64,000 nucleotides of DNA from Candidatus Saccharimonadota bacterium (GCA_046350755.1 JAXLZV010000001.1:270855-334854); one strand, 5' to 3'; numbered from the stretch's first letter, positions 1 through 9,325 are shown. The notes: generated by a model not told the origin, from the sequence alone. Numbers and translations: made by a program.

Positions 1-495
1 ACCAGCATAAGACACTGATATTGGATCCGAATCACCTGGCTCGTTTGACCATCGATGGTGTCAGCACCAGCCCGGTTAATCGTCACAGCATTGGCGCTGG
101 AGTCAGTTTTTTTAATGTAATAGCGTTGACCGCCTTTACCAGAAGCCGCGGGCAAGGTATAGGTAATCGTACCGCCAGCACAGTTGGCGAGAGCGATAAC
201 ATTCGCAGTTGTGAGGGTATACGAACCAGTCGTATCGACTCGCGTCGCCTTGGCCACAGCCTCCAGCACACCGCTCGTCGGCAGCGTGACATTCGTCGTA
301 CCGGTCGAGGTAATGGTGATCGCTGAAGTGCCGGATGTCGTCAGATTACCAGCCAGGGACAAGGTGGACGTGCCACCAGTGATCGTCACGCTTCCCGCTG
401 TCAGTGTCAGGGTGCGCTTAGTGGTGCCGCCGCCCAGCTGCCAGCCATCGGCGTTATTAAGATAATCCTGACCTGCTGCATTTTGTGTAGCCATT
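1..495 (-). CDS. Partial CDS (N-terminal ~165 aa; runs off the left edge): beta-helix/tail-fibre-like repeat protein
   Basis: I translated the reverse complement by hand. ATG is at 495-493, preceded by GGGTGA, and the frame stays open to position 1. Sequence is MATQNAAGQDYLNNADGWQLGGGTTKRTLTLTAGSVTITGG...; the Gly/Thr-rich xLTxxG repeats are typical of phage tail fibres or surface adhesins. It is third in an operon with 1691..2929 and 507..1691. Not in the ORF track because it has no in-window stop. Confidence 0.45.
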
Positions 496-506
496 ATTCA
501 CCCATC

Positions 507-1691
507 CTAACTAATCGCAATGCTGCTAATATTACTTATAGATGATACACCATGTAATGCTGGCTCGGTAATCTCAACTTGCAAATAATAGGCAAATACT
601 AAGGTAAAGCTGACGTTGGTTGAAATCACCGTCTGACCAGCCTGGATATTATTCACCTTACTCTCTGTCCAGGGGCTGCCGTCCTGCGGATCGGTGTAAC
701 TAACGATAGGTGCATCACGGGGATACGAGGTGGAGTTGAACATATAGTTTGCATTTGGCGTGATTGAGGCAGACTGCAAGACCGTACCGCTATCCTGCGT
801 CTGAAGCTGAAATTTTATCGTCGCCCCACTGCCACCGTTGCCATAGAGGCCAGCCAATACCTCAACCACATTGATCTTATTGGCTGTACCAGTTGCTAAA
901 TTGCCAAACGCGTACCAGTCTGTCTGGCCGACTGTACTCGAGGATACATAGTCACCCGTGACCGGGCCATTTTCATCGACGCAGTCCCAATTCGCTGTCG
1001 GCCCGCCGGTTCGTGACCAAGCCACCGATTGGCCGTTAGCAGTTGGCTGCAGGAGCTTGATCTGTCCCGGTCCTGGAAAATGATTTTGATAGTTGCCAGA
1101 GTCATCGTTGATTGCGATGTCATCAAAGTAGGCCACATGACCATTATCAGAACAGTTCGAACCGATTCCCAGTACATTCAGGCCGTTGGCGATCGTGGAA
1201 CGATACGAACCTTGAAGTCGTCCGTCAATTCTCAAATCACCAACACAATTCACCCCATCGGTCATGTCGGCCGAAAACTCAACCATATACCAACGATTTG
1301 CGACAAGAGCCGTCGATGAAGTCACTGACGTGCCCGAGCCGCCCGCGACACCAACGTTGATCGTTAGTGCAGCCTGCAAGGTTACGGCGATGTAATTTGA
1401 TCCGGAAGTCGTACCGAGCGTACAAATATTCGTTCCATAACCGGTCGGGGCTGTATTGGTCTTGAGATAAAAGCGTACAAAGTATTTGCCTCGGGTTGGG
1501 CTCGCTAAAAAACGCCGAGAGGCTGTCGGCCCGCCAAAAATAAAAGTTTGAAAATACATCGCTCGCGAATCGGCCCCAGAGCGCCCTGTCGTCATGCCGA
1601 TCACGGTACTCTGAGGTGTCGCCAGCGAGTCCATTTCGTAGTTCGTCGCAGCATTATTAACTTCAAAGCCAATTGTCAGCAATCGTGCCAT
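507..1691 (-). CDS. Hypothetical secreted/structural protein with a LamG (concanavalin-A-like lectin) type domain; possible receptor-binding protein
   Basis: 394-aa ORF. The central region (..LVANRWYMVEFSADMTDGVNCVGDLRIDGRLQG..) matches the usual LamG signature (W-hydrophobic, then LYIDG). ATG at 1691-1689 overlaps the TAA of the upstream gene by 1 nt (TAATG), indicating translational coupling. Confidence 0.5.
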   Translation of the reverse strand: MARLLTIGFEVNNAATNYEMDSLATPQSTVIGMTTGRSGADSRAMYFQTFIFGGPTASRRFLASPTRGKYFVRFYLKTNTAPTGYGTNICTLGTTSGSNYIAVTLQAALTINVGVAGGSGTSVTSSTALVANRWYMVEFSADMTDGVNCVGDLRIDGRLQGSYRSTIANGLNVLGIGSNCSDNGHVAYFDDIAINDDSGNYQNHFPGPGQIKLLQPTANGQSVAWSRTGGPTANWDCVDENGPVTGDYVSSSTVGQTDWYAFGNLATGTANKINVVEVLAGLYGNGGSGATIKFQLQTQDSGTVLQSASITPNANYMFNSTSYPRDAPIVSYTDPQDGSPWTESKVNNIQAGQTVISTNVSFTLVFAYYLQVEITEPALHGVSSISNISSIAIS

Positions 1692-2929
1692 TAGACGTAG
1701 GTAATACTCCCTATAGAGCTATAAACTTCCCATTCTGTATCGGCTGTGATGCAGACCAACACCACCGAATCACGTCGATGCGTCGAAGCCAGATAACCGC
1801 CAGTCCCAGTGGTGGTAGTTGCGTTCCCAAAGTAAATGACCTCACTAGCGTTCTGGGCCAGTTTCCAGCCTCCAGCTCCCTGACCAGCAATCGCTACCGT
1901 ATCACCAACCGCTGCCGTGGTCGGTAAGGTCACCGTCACCAGCGATGCGTTATTGGTGATGTAGCCCGTGTTAACCGCGGCCGCCTGCGAGGTACCAGTC
2001 ACCGTAGTCCAGCTAAGAGATGTGGCAGGTGCCCAGGTCGTTACGCCGGATCCATTGGTTTGCAAAAACTCATTAGCGTTCCCGTCGGTAGTCGGTAATG
2101 TCATCGACCAAGTCCCAGCAGCTGCCGCAGCCTGTAATGTCACTGTCCCCGAGCTACTGCCATCAAGCGAGATCTTAGGAGTAGTCTCCGTTGTGCCCGC
2201 GACAATATGGAATCGACCGTTCATAGCGAACGTGTCAGCAGCTTCCCGCACAAGCGCAACATCACCATTCAGTTGAAAACCACCGAGACCAAAATCGATA
2301 TAGTCAGTGCCGCTATCACTCTCCAGCCTAAAAAGCGGGTTGGCCTGCGACGGGCTCCCCTTCAATAATAAAGCGTTATAGTCGCCCTGGGCCGTAATTT
2401 TTACCGTGGGGTCAACACTAGCCTGATACTCAAAGCCGGTCGCGCCAGCAAAACTGCCACCGTTATTATATTGCAGCTGTTTGGTCGAGCCGCCCGGCGA
2501 ACCACTACCTCCCGCGCCCCAGCTCGGCAAACCACCGGTGACTTTCAGTACATCATTCGTCGAACCAATCGGCAGGCGCGTAAATGCCCCTGAACTATTG
2601 CGGTAATAGATATCCCCTGTCGCCCCCGAGGCATCATCATACATGGCGATCGTCTTGCGAATCGTGCCGGTGGTAATCGTAAAGTAGAGCGTATCACTAT
2701 TGAACTCCAGCGCCCCAGCTTCAGCGCTCGAGAGCAGGGTGCCAGAAGTGAATTTTAGCGGAGCGGTACCGGCGGTGGCGGTGCCAGCGCGAATGGTAAT
2801 AGTTTTATGACCACCATTGGCCGCATTATCGGTACCGGTATCATAGTGTTCCTTTTGGAGAAATTGATTGAGAATATCTCCCCATACACCATCATCACCA
2901 TTGACTGTTGGCAAACGCTGTTCGGTCAT
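1691..2929 (-). CDS. Phage tail-fibre / minor-tail-like protein (first gene of a minus-strand operon)
   Basis: 412 aa. The N-terminus MTEQRLPTVNGDDGVWGDILNQFL..HKTITIRAGTATAGTAPLKFTSGTLLSSAEAGALEFNSDTLYFTIT resembles, from memory, the conserved N-terminal domain of actinophage minor tail / tail fibre proteins (D-x-WG-x-x-LN-x-x-L). Gly/Thr/Ser-rich beta-rich remainder. An AT-rich promoter region lies upstream (2930-3148). Confidence 0.5.
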   Translation of the reverse strand: MTEQRLPTVNGDDGVWGDILNQFLQKEHYDTGTDNAANGGHKTITIRAGTATAGTAPLKFTSGTLLSSAEAGALEFNSDTLYFTITTGTIRKTIAMYDDASGATGDIYYRNSSGAFTRLPIGSTNDVLKVTGGLPSWGAGGSGSPGGSTKQLQYNNGGSFAGATGFEYQASVDPTVKITAQGDYNALLLKGSPSQANPLFRLESDSGTDYIDFGLGGFQLNGDVALVREAADTFAMNGRFHIVAGTTETTPKISLDGSSSGTVTLQAAAAAGTWSMTLPTTDGNANEFLQTNGSGVTTWAPATSLSWTTVTGTSQAAAVNTGYITNNASLVTVTLPTTAAVGDTVAIAGQGAGGWKLAQNASEVIYFGNATTTTGTGGYLASTHRRDSVVLVCITADTEWEVYSSIGSITYV

Positions 2930-3148
2930 ACCCTATCCACCAGCTGGATAGATATATTCAGTTTCCTCATGCAAAAACCCAAACACCCTCCGAATAATGT
3001 GCTTATACTTGTCTATATTGTATGATTATATACAGTTCATAGCTAGAGAAAGACAAGCTGATAATAGCTCATCAAGCTATGTAGTTGGGCGGCTTTTGCA
3101 AATAGTGATCTACCTGCACGACGCCTTGCCGCCGCACAAAAGTACGAT

Positions 3149-3814
3149 ATGAATAAGGGGTACGCGATGCAACTCGATAAAGTTCTCAGGCAATTTCCAC
3201 AAGAAGTCTTTGAAAAAGGTCAGGCGATATTTCGGCTAGGTGAAGTGGCAAAACACGGCTACATCGTACTGGACGGCATCGTCAAGATATATATTTGCGA
3301 TCGGCTAGGCATCGAACGTCGTCTCTTCTCAGCGCATCGCTATGATATGGTGCCATCTGGCTGGCTCGCCGACCCCAGCCGTCCAATGCGCTATCACTAC
3401 GCGGCCTATGATCGAGTCATACTCGCCCGCATCCAGCCAGCCCAATTTCGTGCCATACTCACACAAGTGCCAGATGCCCTAATCGCCCTCCTCATCGCTC
3501 AGGACGATCGCGTCCATCATACCAAGCTTCGAATCGAGACTGTTATTCAGAGTCGAGCCGAAGATAAAGTCGCATACTTCTTCGAGTATCTTTCAGAACG
3601 AGTCGCCGACCCGCCCGATACAGATGGCTGGTCTAAAATTGTGGTCGGCCTATCTCACCAAGAGATGAGCGACGCACTCGGCTTAGCCCGCGAAACGACG
3701 GCAGCCGCGATTCAATCTCTTGAGAAGAAAGGCTACATCCGCAAAGCCGGACGACAAAAATACTTCATCCATATTGAAGGGCTCAGACACTACATTGATT
3801 CGGTCCGCTCGTAA
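3149..3814 (+). CDS. Crp/Fnr-family transcriptional regulator (cNMP-binding domain plus C-terminal HTH)
   Basis: 221 aa. N-terminal beta-roll-like region (FEKGQAIFRLGEVAKHGYIVLDGIVKI) and C-terminal HTH (LSHQEMSDALGLARETTAAAIQSLEKKGYI). Divergent from the tail-fibre-like operon. Confidence 0.7.
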   Translation: MNKGYAMQLDKVLRQFPQEVFEKGQAIFRLGEVAKHGYIVLDGIVKIYICDRLGIERRLFSAHRYDMVPSGWLADPSRPMRYHYAAYDRVILARIQPAQFRAILTQVPDALIALLIAQDDRVHHTKLRIETVIQSRAEDKVAYFFEYLSERVADPPDTDGWSKIVVGLSHQEMSDALGLARETTAAAIQSLEKKGYIRKAGRQKYFIHIEGLRHYIDSVRS

Positions 3815-3913
3815 CGATTTGGCACAAACTGCTTGCCTCCTTTGCATGCTTGCTTTTCTCGGAGAATAGGGTTATTTTGCAGTCAGCAGAAAAGTAAGTG
3901 AAAGGAAATCATA

Positions 3914-4495
3914 ATGAACGAAGTAACCGTCGTTGAGATGGAATCAGTTCGAGACACCGCTTGGTGGCTACTGATCATCCGCGGTATCATTGCGACCCTC
4001 TTCGGGATTGCGATCTTGCTCTGGCCAGGACTTACCCTCCTGACAGCAGCTGTGGTATTCGCGCTCTATATTTTGATCTCTGGTGTCATCGACATCGTGA
4101 CCTCAATCATGAGCATCCGTAAAAATAACACTTGGTGGCTAACTATGCTGCTTGGTATCGTCCAGGTAGCAGCTGGTGCTTACATCGCCCAGCGCCCAGC
4201 TATCACGCTGGCTGTGCTCATCCTCGTGATTGGTTTCGTACTGGTCGTGCGTGGATTGTTTGAATTCATTGCGGCTTTCGACTTCCATGGCTCGATGCGT
4301 GCCCTTCTGATCGTGGTGGGTATCATCACGGCGGTAGCTGGTGTATTCGTACTCCGTCACCCCCAGACCGGCGGTATCGCCTTTGCTTGGGTGCTCGGTA
4401 TCTACGGCTTGATCGCTGGCCCTGTCTCGATCGCGCTTGGTATCCAGACCAAACACTGGCAAGACGAACTGGCTAAAGGCAAGAAAAAAGCCTAA
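3914..4495 (+). CDS. HdeD-family (DUF308) acid-resistance-type membrane protein
   Basis: 193 aa, about 6 TM helices with the repeated WWLxxxxGIxxxxxGxxxL pattern typical of DUF308/HdeD. RBS GGAAA lies upstream of the ATG. Confidence 0.6.
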   Translation: MNEVTVVEMESVRDTAWWLLIIRGIIATLFGIAILLWPGLTLLTAAVVFALYILISGVIDIVTSIMSIRKNNTWWLTMLLGIVQVAAGAYIAQRPAITLAVLILVIGFVLVVRGLFEFIAAFDFHGSMRALLIVVGIITAVAGVFVLRHPQTGGIAFAWVLGIYGLIAGPVSIALGIQTKHWQDELAKGKKKA

Positions 4496-4511
4496 CCAAA
4501 CACAAATTCTC

Positions 4512-4547
4512 AAAAAAAAGACCCGGCTGGGTCTTTTTTTTGTACTC
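4512..4547. terminator. Bidirectional rho-independent terminator between converging genes
   Basis: AAAAAAAAGACCCGGCTGGGTCTTTTTTTTG: GC stem-loop flanked by an A-tract and a T-tract, so it can terminate both the + gene (3914..4495) and the - gene (4566..4829). Confidence 0.8.
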
Positions 4548-4565
4548 AGGGACCCCCTTGAAAAC

Positions 4566-4829
4566 CTACTTTCTAGAAGTCTTGGTGGCTAACCGTTTCT
4601 TTCGCCCACTCCGATGCACCCGCGTACGCCCCCAATGAATCCGGTTCCAGACTCGCTCATGGCCATAATACAGCAGAGTACTGGCCAGATTCGTAAAAAT
4701 CACAAGAGTCAGCGTGGCATCAAAGCGTCGGGTAATAAACAGAATCACCAGAAAATCCGACGTCAGAACCACGAGCCGAAAAGTGACGGCTTTAAGTAAT
4801 GATCGTTTGGATTTTTCGTGAAAGCGCAT
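4566..4829 (-). CDS. DUF2061 small membrane protein
   Basis: 87 aa; KAVTFRLVV..TLLYYGHERVWNRIHWG matches the YYxHERxW signature of DUF2061. Confidence 0.55.
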   Translation of the reverse strand: MRFHEKSKRSLLKAVTFRLVVLTSDFLVILFITRRFDATLTLVIFTNLASTLLYYGHERVWNRIHWGRTRVHRSGRKKRLATKTSRK

Positions 4830-4857
4830 GGTTTGTTTTGCTGGTCAAGTTGATTAC

Positions 4858-5067
4858 TTAAGCACCATACTTTCCGCCACCAAAACCACGCGGGCTAGAC
4901 TCCGGCTGACGCTTGGGTCGCGACTTTTTTTGACCAAGCTCAGACAAATTCTTCATAGCCGCCGAGACACCGACCACACCTGCCGCCGCCAAACCAATGT
5001 GCGCCAGAAAATCTTTCCGGCTCATCTTCTTATTGAGCAAGTCATCTATTGGGTTCTTGCGAGACAT
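4858..5067 (-). CDS. Small (55-69 aa) protein with a twin-arginine-like signal (SRKDFLAHIGLAAAGVVGVSAA), immediately downstream of tatC
   Basis: MSRKNPIDDLLNKKMSRKDFLAHIGLAAAGVVGVSAAMKNLSELG... has an S-R-K-x-F-L n-region/h-region like a Tat signal (RK variant), followed by only ~30 basic or Gly-rich residues. Confidence 0.45.
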   Translation of the reverse strand: MSRKNPIDDLLNKKMSRKDFLAHIGLAAAGVVGVSAAMKNLSELGQKKSRPKRQPESSPRGFGGGKYGA

Positions 5068-5087
5068 ATAGTTGTATTATACGCCGC

Positions 5088-6143
5088 TTATGCTGTTCCG
5101 GGCGAGTGGATATCGATAATCGGACGGGTTGCTGTTGGCAATTGATAACGCCGTTTTGGTCCCCGGCGAACAACGTGGGTGACGCGAGCCGTCGACAGAT
5201 CAATCACGTGATCTTGAGCGGTTTTCGCCTGAGGTGAAGATAACTCACTGCGTGTGAAGCCCCGCTTGGGCTGGCTGAGAGTCGCAGGCGCCAAATCTGC
5301 GACCGGCATAAATGCGCGAGAATCAAGCTGAGTAGCAACGAATGGCTGCCGAGCTGATTCGCGGGCGGGAGCCAATGGCTGACTGATAGCTGGCTTTGGT
5401 CGTGGAGCCTCGACGGTGCGGCTGGCGTGCGGTCGTCGTTGGCGCCGCAGACGTTGCAGATAGATTAACGCCACACTGCCTTCAAAAAGTATCAGCATTG
5501 GTCCCGTAATCATCAGTTGATTATAAGGATCAGGGGTTGGCGTAATCATTGCGCCAATGATAAAACTCGCTGCAATGATTGGCTTTTGAGCTTTCTTGAG
5601 GGTTCCAGGTGGTATTGGCCGAATGTGGTCAATAAAGAAAAGAATCACCGGCAACTGGAAGATGGCAGCAGTACCGAGGAGATAGGCTGACAGGAATGAA
5701 ATGTACTCATTGGTCGTAATCAGTGCACGCACATCACTACCGCCCAGATCCAAGAGGAAGTGCAAAGCGCTCGGCAAACTAATCAGGTAAGCATAGACGA
5801 TGCCGAGAGCCGCCATACCTAGTGACGCTAGCATAATCATGACTGCCGAGCGAGTCGTGATCTTGCGATGAACCGGCCGAATAAATTGCACCAGCTGGTA
5901 AACCGCAGCTGGTAAAGCAACTGCCAAGCCCAACACCAGACTAATAAACATCATGTAGTTTAAGCCGCCGGTTGGCGAAGTAAAATACAGTGTCTCGCCC
6001 AGTGGCTTGGTCAGCAAATGAGAAAACGGCTTATACCAGATGAAGCCAGCTAACATACCAACAGCAAACAAAGCGGCCGGTATGCGGAGTCGCTTGCTCA
6101 GTTCCTGAAGATGTTCTCGAAACGTTTGCTGTTCGTGTGTCAT
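5088..6143 (-). CDS. tatC: Sec-independent protein translocase TatC
   Basis: 351 aa, six TM helices, conserved TatC N-terminus (HLQELSKRL), TatC-like overall organisation, and a C-terminal hydrophilic extension. Confidence 0.85.
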   Translation of the reverse strand: MTHEQQTFREHLQELSKRLRIPAALFAVGMLAGFIWYKPFSHLLTKPLGETLYFTSPTGGLNYMMFISLVLGLAVALPAAVYQLVQFIRPVHRKITTRSAVMIMLASLGMAALGIVYAYLISLPSALHFLLDLGGSDVRALITTNEYISFLSAYLLGTAAIFQLPVILFFIDHIRPIPPGTLKKAQKPIIAASFIIGAMITPTPDPYNQLMITGPMLILFEGSVALIYLQRLRRQRRPHASRTVEAPRPKPAISQPLAPARESARQPFVATQLDSRAFMPVADLAPATLSQPKRGFTRSELSSPQAKTAQDHVIDLSTARVTHVVRRGPKRRYQLPTATRPIIDIHSPGTA

Positions 6144-6202
6144 GTTAGATATATTTACGTTGATTTTTCTTGTTGGACCGAAGCTGGTCAGGCAATTAAC
6201 AC

Positions 6203-6391
6203 TTACTTTTTGGTCGAAGATTTCTTAGCAGATTTCTTTGGCTCTTCTTCCTCACCAAAGCCCTTTTTGACTTCCTTACCAAAGGTCCCAATACTCCGAC
6301 CTAGCTCAGGCAATTTGCTCGCGCCAAAAAGCAGAAGCAAAACCAACACGATCAAGATTAATTCCGGGAGACCAATTCCTAATACTTCCAC
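6203..6391 (-). CDS. tatA: Sec-independent protein translocase TatA/E
   Basis: 62 aa: MEVLGIGLPELILIVLVLLLLFGASKLPELGRSIGTFGKEVKKGF is the TatA TM helix, FG hinge and amphipathic helix. Sits upstream of tatC. Confidence 0.85.
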   Translation of the reverse strand: MEVLGIGLPELILIVLVLLLLFGASKLPELGRSIGTFGKEVKKGFGEEEEPKKSAKKSSTKK

Positions 6392-6539
6392 GTTATACCA
6401 TCCTTTTTATATTCTCTTATTCCCAGGATACCATAACTAGAACAATGCACAAGTATTTTCTACAACAAATTACAGAAATAAGAAAACCCCCGACAGATGA
6501 CGATGTCATGACATCATCTTCCGTCAGGGGTGGAGGTAC

Positions 6540-7277
6540 TTATGGCAAAGCTGCTATCGCAGGACTCAAGCAACTGGCGAAAGCTCGGTAGCCAGCTTGA
6601 TTGGGATGCCACCGATCGACACCTGGAGTGTAACTCCAATAATTGGGGTTGAGGGCCTCAACCGCGCTGTACGCATCTCTGAGTGACGGATTGCAATCGA
6701 TGATGTCACCGACCACGCCGCCTGATGAGAGCCAGGCGTTGTACTCCAGTCGGCTGTCATATCGATGGTCGTAAGACAGGCTGGGTGGGTATAGTGCGAA
6801 GGGCGTGATGGGCAGCCAGACGACGCGTACACCCCTGCTCGCCAGTTCGGCGCTCAAGCTCGCAACAGCGTCGATCAATCCCTGAACCGGCTGGTCGACT
6901 GCCAAATCATTGATTCCACCCGACACTATGACCATACCGACGTTGTTATCACAAACGTCTAGCTGCCGCAAAAGACGGGCGCCGATGTTGTATTCCGGGT
7001 TGACTGCCGTGAATCCAGCACCGCCCTTTGCAGTGTTGTAGGCGATAGAACCAATCGGCAACTGCATGTATTGCGGCCACTGACCAACCAGTGAATCGCC
7101 AGCGTAGATGACGACCCGAGGGCCAGGGATTGAACAAGTCAGCTCTGGCGGTGTCGTTGTGAGGGTCGTGGATGATCCAGTTATCGATGGCGATGTCATA
7201 CAGGCTGTGGCGAACATCGCCAGTAGGACTGTCACCATCATGACGAACAGCCAACGATGCTTCATGAGTGAACTCAT
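6540..7277 (-). CDS. SGNH/GDSL-family hydrolase (lipase/esterase), probable lipoprotein or secreted
   Basis: GDSL block IYAGDSLVGQW, GGIND block and C-terminal DxxH-like region. N-terminal signal MKHRWLFVMMVTVLLAMFATAC is a possible lipobox. Start chosen at the ATG at 7277 (M18 of the ORF); 7265 is also possible. Confidence 0.65.
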   Translation of the reverse strand: MSSLMKHRWLFVMMVTVLLAMFATACMTSPSITGSSTTLTTTPPELTCSIPGPRVVIYAGDSLVGQWPQYMQLPIGSIAYNTAKGGAGFTAVNPEYNIGARLLRQLDVCDNNVGMVIVSGGINDLAVDQPVQGLIDAVASLSAELASRGVRVVWLPITPFALYPPSLSYDHRYDSRLEYNAWLSSGGVVGDIIDCNPSLRDAYSAVEALNPNYWSYTPGVDRWHPNQAGYRAFASCLSPAIAALP

Positions 7278-7406
7278 ATCGAAACCTTTCGGATCGGGCT
7301 GGAAGGTGCGGATTGGTCGAGTAACCAAGCATGACTACGTTACATACATTAAGCAACTATGTCAAGATGCGGGCTAGCTGCGAGAGCTTATAAATGACCT
7401 TTTGGG

Positions 7407-7634
7407 CTATTGAGCGGCCGATGCTTCATCGAGACTGCGTTGCAGGTTCGCTGCATCGTTATCGAGTTTGTCGGCATCAGTTCGGGCCTTTTGTGCATCC
7501 TCGCGCATGTTACGAATCTGAGCCTCGAGTTCACTCGCCTGACGATCGAGCTCATCAGCCCGCTGACGTTGGCTCTGGGCTTGTTCGCGTAATGTATCTG
7601 GGTTCATGCTGTACTCCATAGCGCAGTGGATCAC
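7407..7634 (-). CDS. Small coiled-coil hypothetical protein
   Basis: 75 aa, heptad-rich Q/E/R/A sequence (LREQAQSQRQRADELDRQASELEAQIRNMREDAQKAR). Coding status is uncertain because the region reads similarly on both strands. Confidence 0.3.
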   Translation of the reverse strand: MIHCAMEYSMNPDTLREQAQSQRQRADELDRQASELEAQIRNMREDAQKARTDADKLDNDAANLQRSLDEASAAQ

Positions 7635-7749
7635 TGCATTAATTATGACTCACCGTCATTCTACCAAGAAAAACGCCCGCAGCAGGGTTGCTACAAGGCG
7701 GAATTAATTAGATTTTACGAGCTAGTGAGCCGCAATCGAGTCGACAATG

Positions 7750-8124
7750 CTAGGCGCGAGGGTTATTGGCGTCTGCGCAGGCCTCTGAGCCGTCATAGTA
7801 CAGACTCATACAGATAACGTGCCCACCTTCGTGACCGATGATCTGTTGGTTTGTGACATAGGCAGAGTCAACTACGATATCGAAGCTACACACAACGACA
7901 CATGTCCAGCTAGTGAAAGCGGCATATCCAACCGGCGGGGTCCCCACATGCCAGGTGACATTGTTCCCCCGAGGAATCGATGCAGGCTCCCAAACGGCAG
8001 CAATGGTCTGATTGAGTGGGCTTGAGGCTGGCCCGCTTGTAGGTGGCGCGCTAGCACAGGCCGCAAAGAGCACCATCATTATCATGATTGCCGGGATTCG
8101 GATCCTCATCACAAGGCCTTTCAA
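7750..8124 (-). CDS. Small lipoprotein carrying an HExxH motif (HEGGH); putative metal-binding protein or mini-metallopeptidase
   Basis: Signal with lipobox LFAACAS. IIGHEGGHVICM contains HExxH. Several Cys residues. Confidence 0.4.
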   Translation of the reverse strand: MKGLVMRIRIPAIMIMMVLFAACASAPPTSGPASSPLNQTIAAVWEPASIPRGNNVTWHVGTPPVGYAAFTSWTCVVVCSFDIVVDSAYVTNQQIIGHEGGHVICMSLYYDGSEACADANNPRA

Positions 8125-8237
8125 CTGAGGTGCGGTTGGCTAAGTTGCCAACTGTGATGATTGTAACCTACTTATGCTTAATTGATGAAATGCACGAAAA
8201 GAAATACCCACAGCGATAAAGCTATGGGTAGGAAATA

Positions 8238-9212
8238 TTAGTCACGACGCAAACGATCCAAAGCGCGTTCGAGGGCGTGTGGCTTCTCGTGATAGGTATG
8301 CGGCACGAGCGTCTGTCGGTGACACTCGTGAGCAATCTCATGCATGACGGCATGACAGTCGTCATCGGTCTCTATGAAAGTCGGCCCCAGGATGGTACAA
8401 GCCGGCGGCTCGTCACCATCGAGGTTGACGGCCACTGGGATGACCCAACCACGCATCAACTGCATGGTGCCGGCCTTCAGCGGCTGCATATGGATGCGCT
8501 CGCTGTAGAAGATGTCGCGCGACGCGCTGGGGGCGATAGCCAGCAGCCGTCCACCTGGTTCGAGAAACTCGGCCAACTCCAGCTTGGTCAGCTCATTACT
8601 GGTGCGCACCAAGTCATCCGGAAATTTCTTGTTGCGAACCGTCGGCGTAGTCGGAAAACTCAAAGCCACGTTGGCGAACATCTGAATAGCCTCGACAGCC
8701 GGCATGAAAAACTCGTCTTCGCGGATGTAGAGCTGGGTCGTCGTGATGCCACGACTGATTACCAGGGCGGTCCGCTGCGTGAACTCAAGGGCGCTCAACC
8801 AGCGCTCGATCTCCAATCGCAAGGCACCCGCCACCAAAGCGATGTCGATGATGTTGCTGTGATTGGTGATGAGCGTAAAGTTAGTCCGGCCCCGCAGCAT
8901 CTCCCCTGCCATGAATCGCATCATGTCGCTGTGCTGGCGCCAAGCTTCTGGAATGACTCGAAAATTCTTGTGAGCCTTCGGCCCAAAGGGAGCCAGATCG
9001 CGATTCGAAACCGCCACGCTAGGAACCATCGCCGTAGTCAGCCGATGATAGGGTTTTGATGGATCGAAACCCATCGGCAACAGCGGCCCAGTCGTATGGC
9101 GACTGCCTAGCTCAGCGAGCAACGGGTAGACCGCTTGAGAGTTGAACTGCTCGAGGCGGGTCTGCAACTCCCGTCGGCGAGAGGCGTAGCTCGTCATGTC
9201 GACTCCATTCAT
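8238..9212 (-). CDS. Lysophospholipid/glycerol-phosphate acyltransferase-family protein (PlsC-like, HxxxxD motif)
   Basis: 324 aa. LITNHSNIIDIALV carries the H(x4)D acyltransferase catalytic motif; a downstream FP.G..-like block (FPTTPTVRN) is present. Confidence 0.45.
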   Translation of the reverse strand: MNGVDMTSYASRRRELQTRLEQFNSQAVYPLLAELGSRHTTGPLLPMGFDPSKPYHRLTTAMVPSVAVSNRDLAPFGPKAHKNFRVIPEAWRQHSDMMRFMAGEMLRGRTNFTLITNHSNIIDIALVAGALRLEIERWLSALEFTQRTALVISRGITTTQLYIREDEFFMPAVEAIQMFANVALSFPTTPTVRNKKFPDDLVRTSNELTKLELAEFLEPGGRLLAIAPSASRDIFYSERIHMQPLKAGTMQLMRGWVIPVAVNLDGDEPPACTILGPTFIETDDDCHAVMHEIAHECHRQTLVPHTYHEKPHALERALDRLRRD

Positions 9213-9325
9213 AGTAGGTACAAGAACGGACTATATTATCCCAGATTAGCTCCAGATTACAAAGACCCTACCACGATCACGCGCAAAGCATACAGACTCA
9301 CTTGACGCTGAGGACTATAATAGTA

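Noticed and set aside
7394-7634. Plus-strand 75-aa ORF mirroring the coiled-coil ORF 7407..7634
   Set aside because: Both strands give open frames over the same low-complexity segment. I kept the minus-strand coiled-coil reading at low confidence, and the plus-strand ORF has Cys/Arg-rich odd composition.
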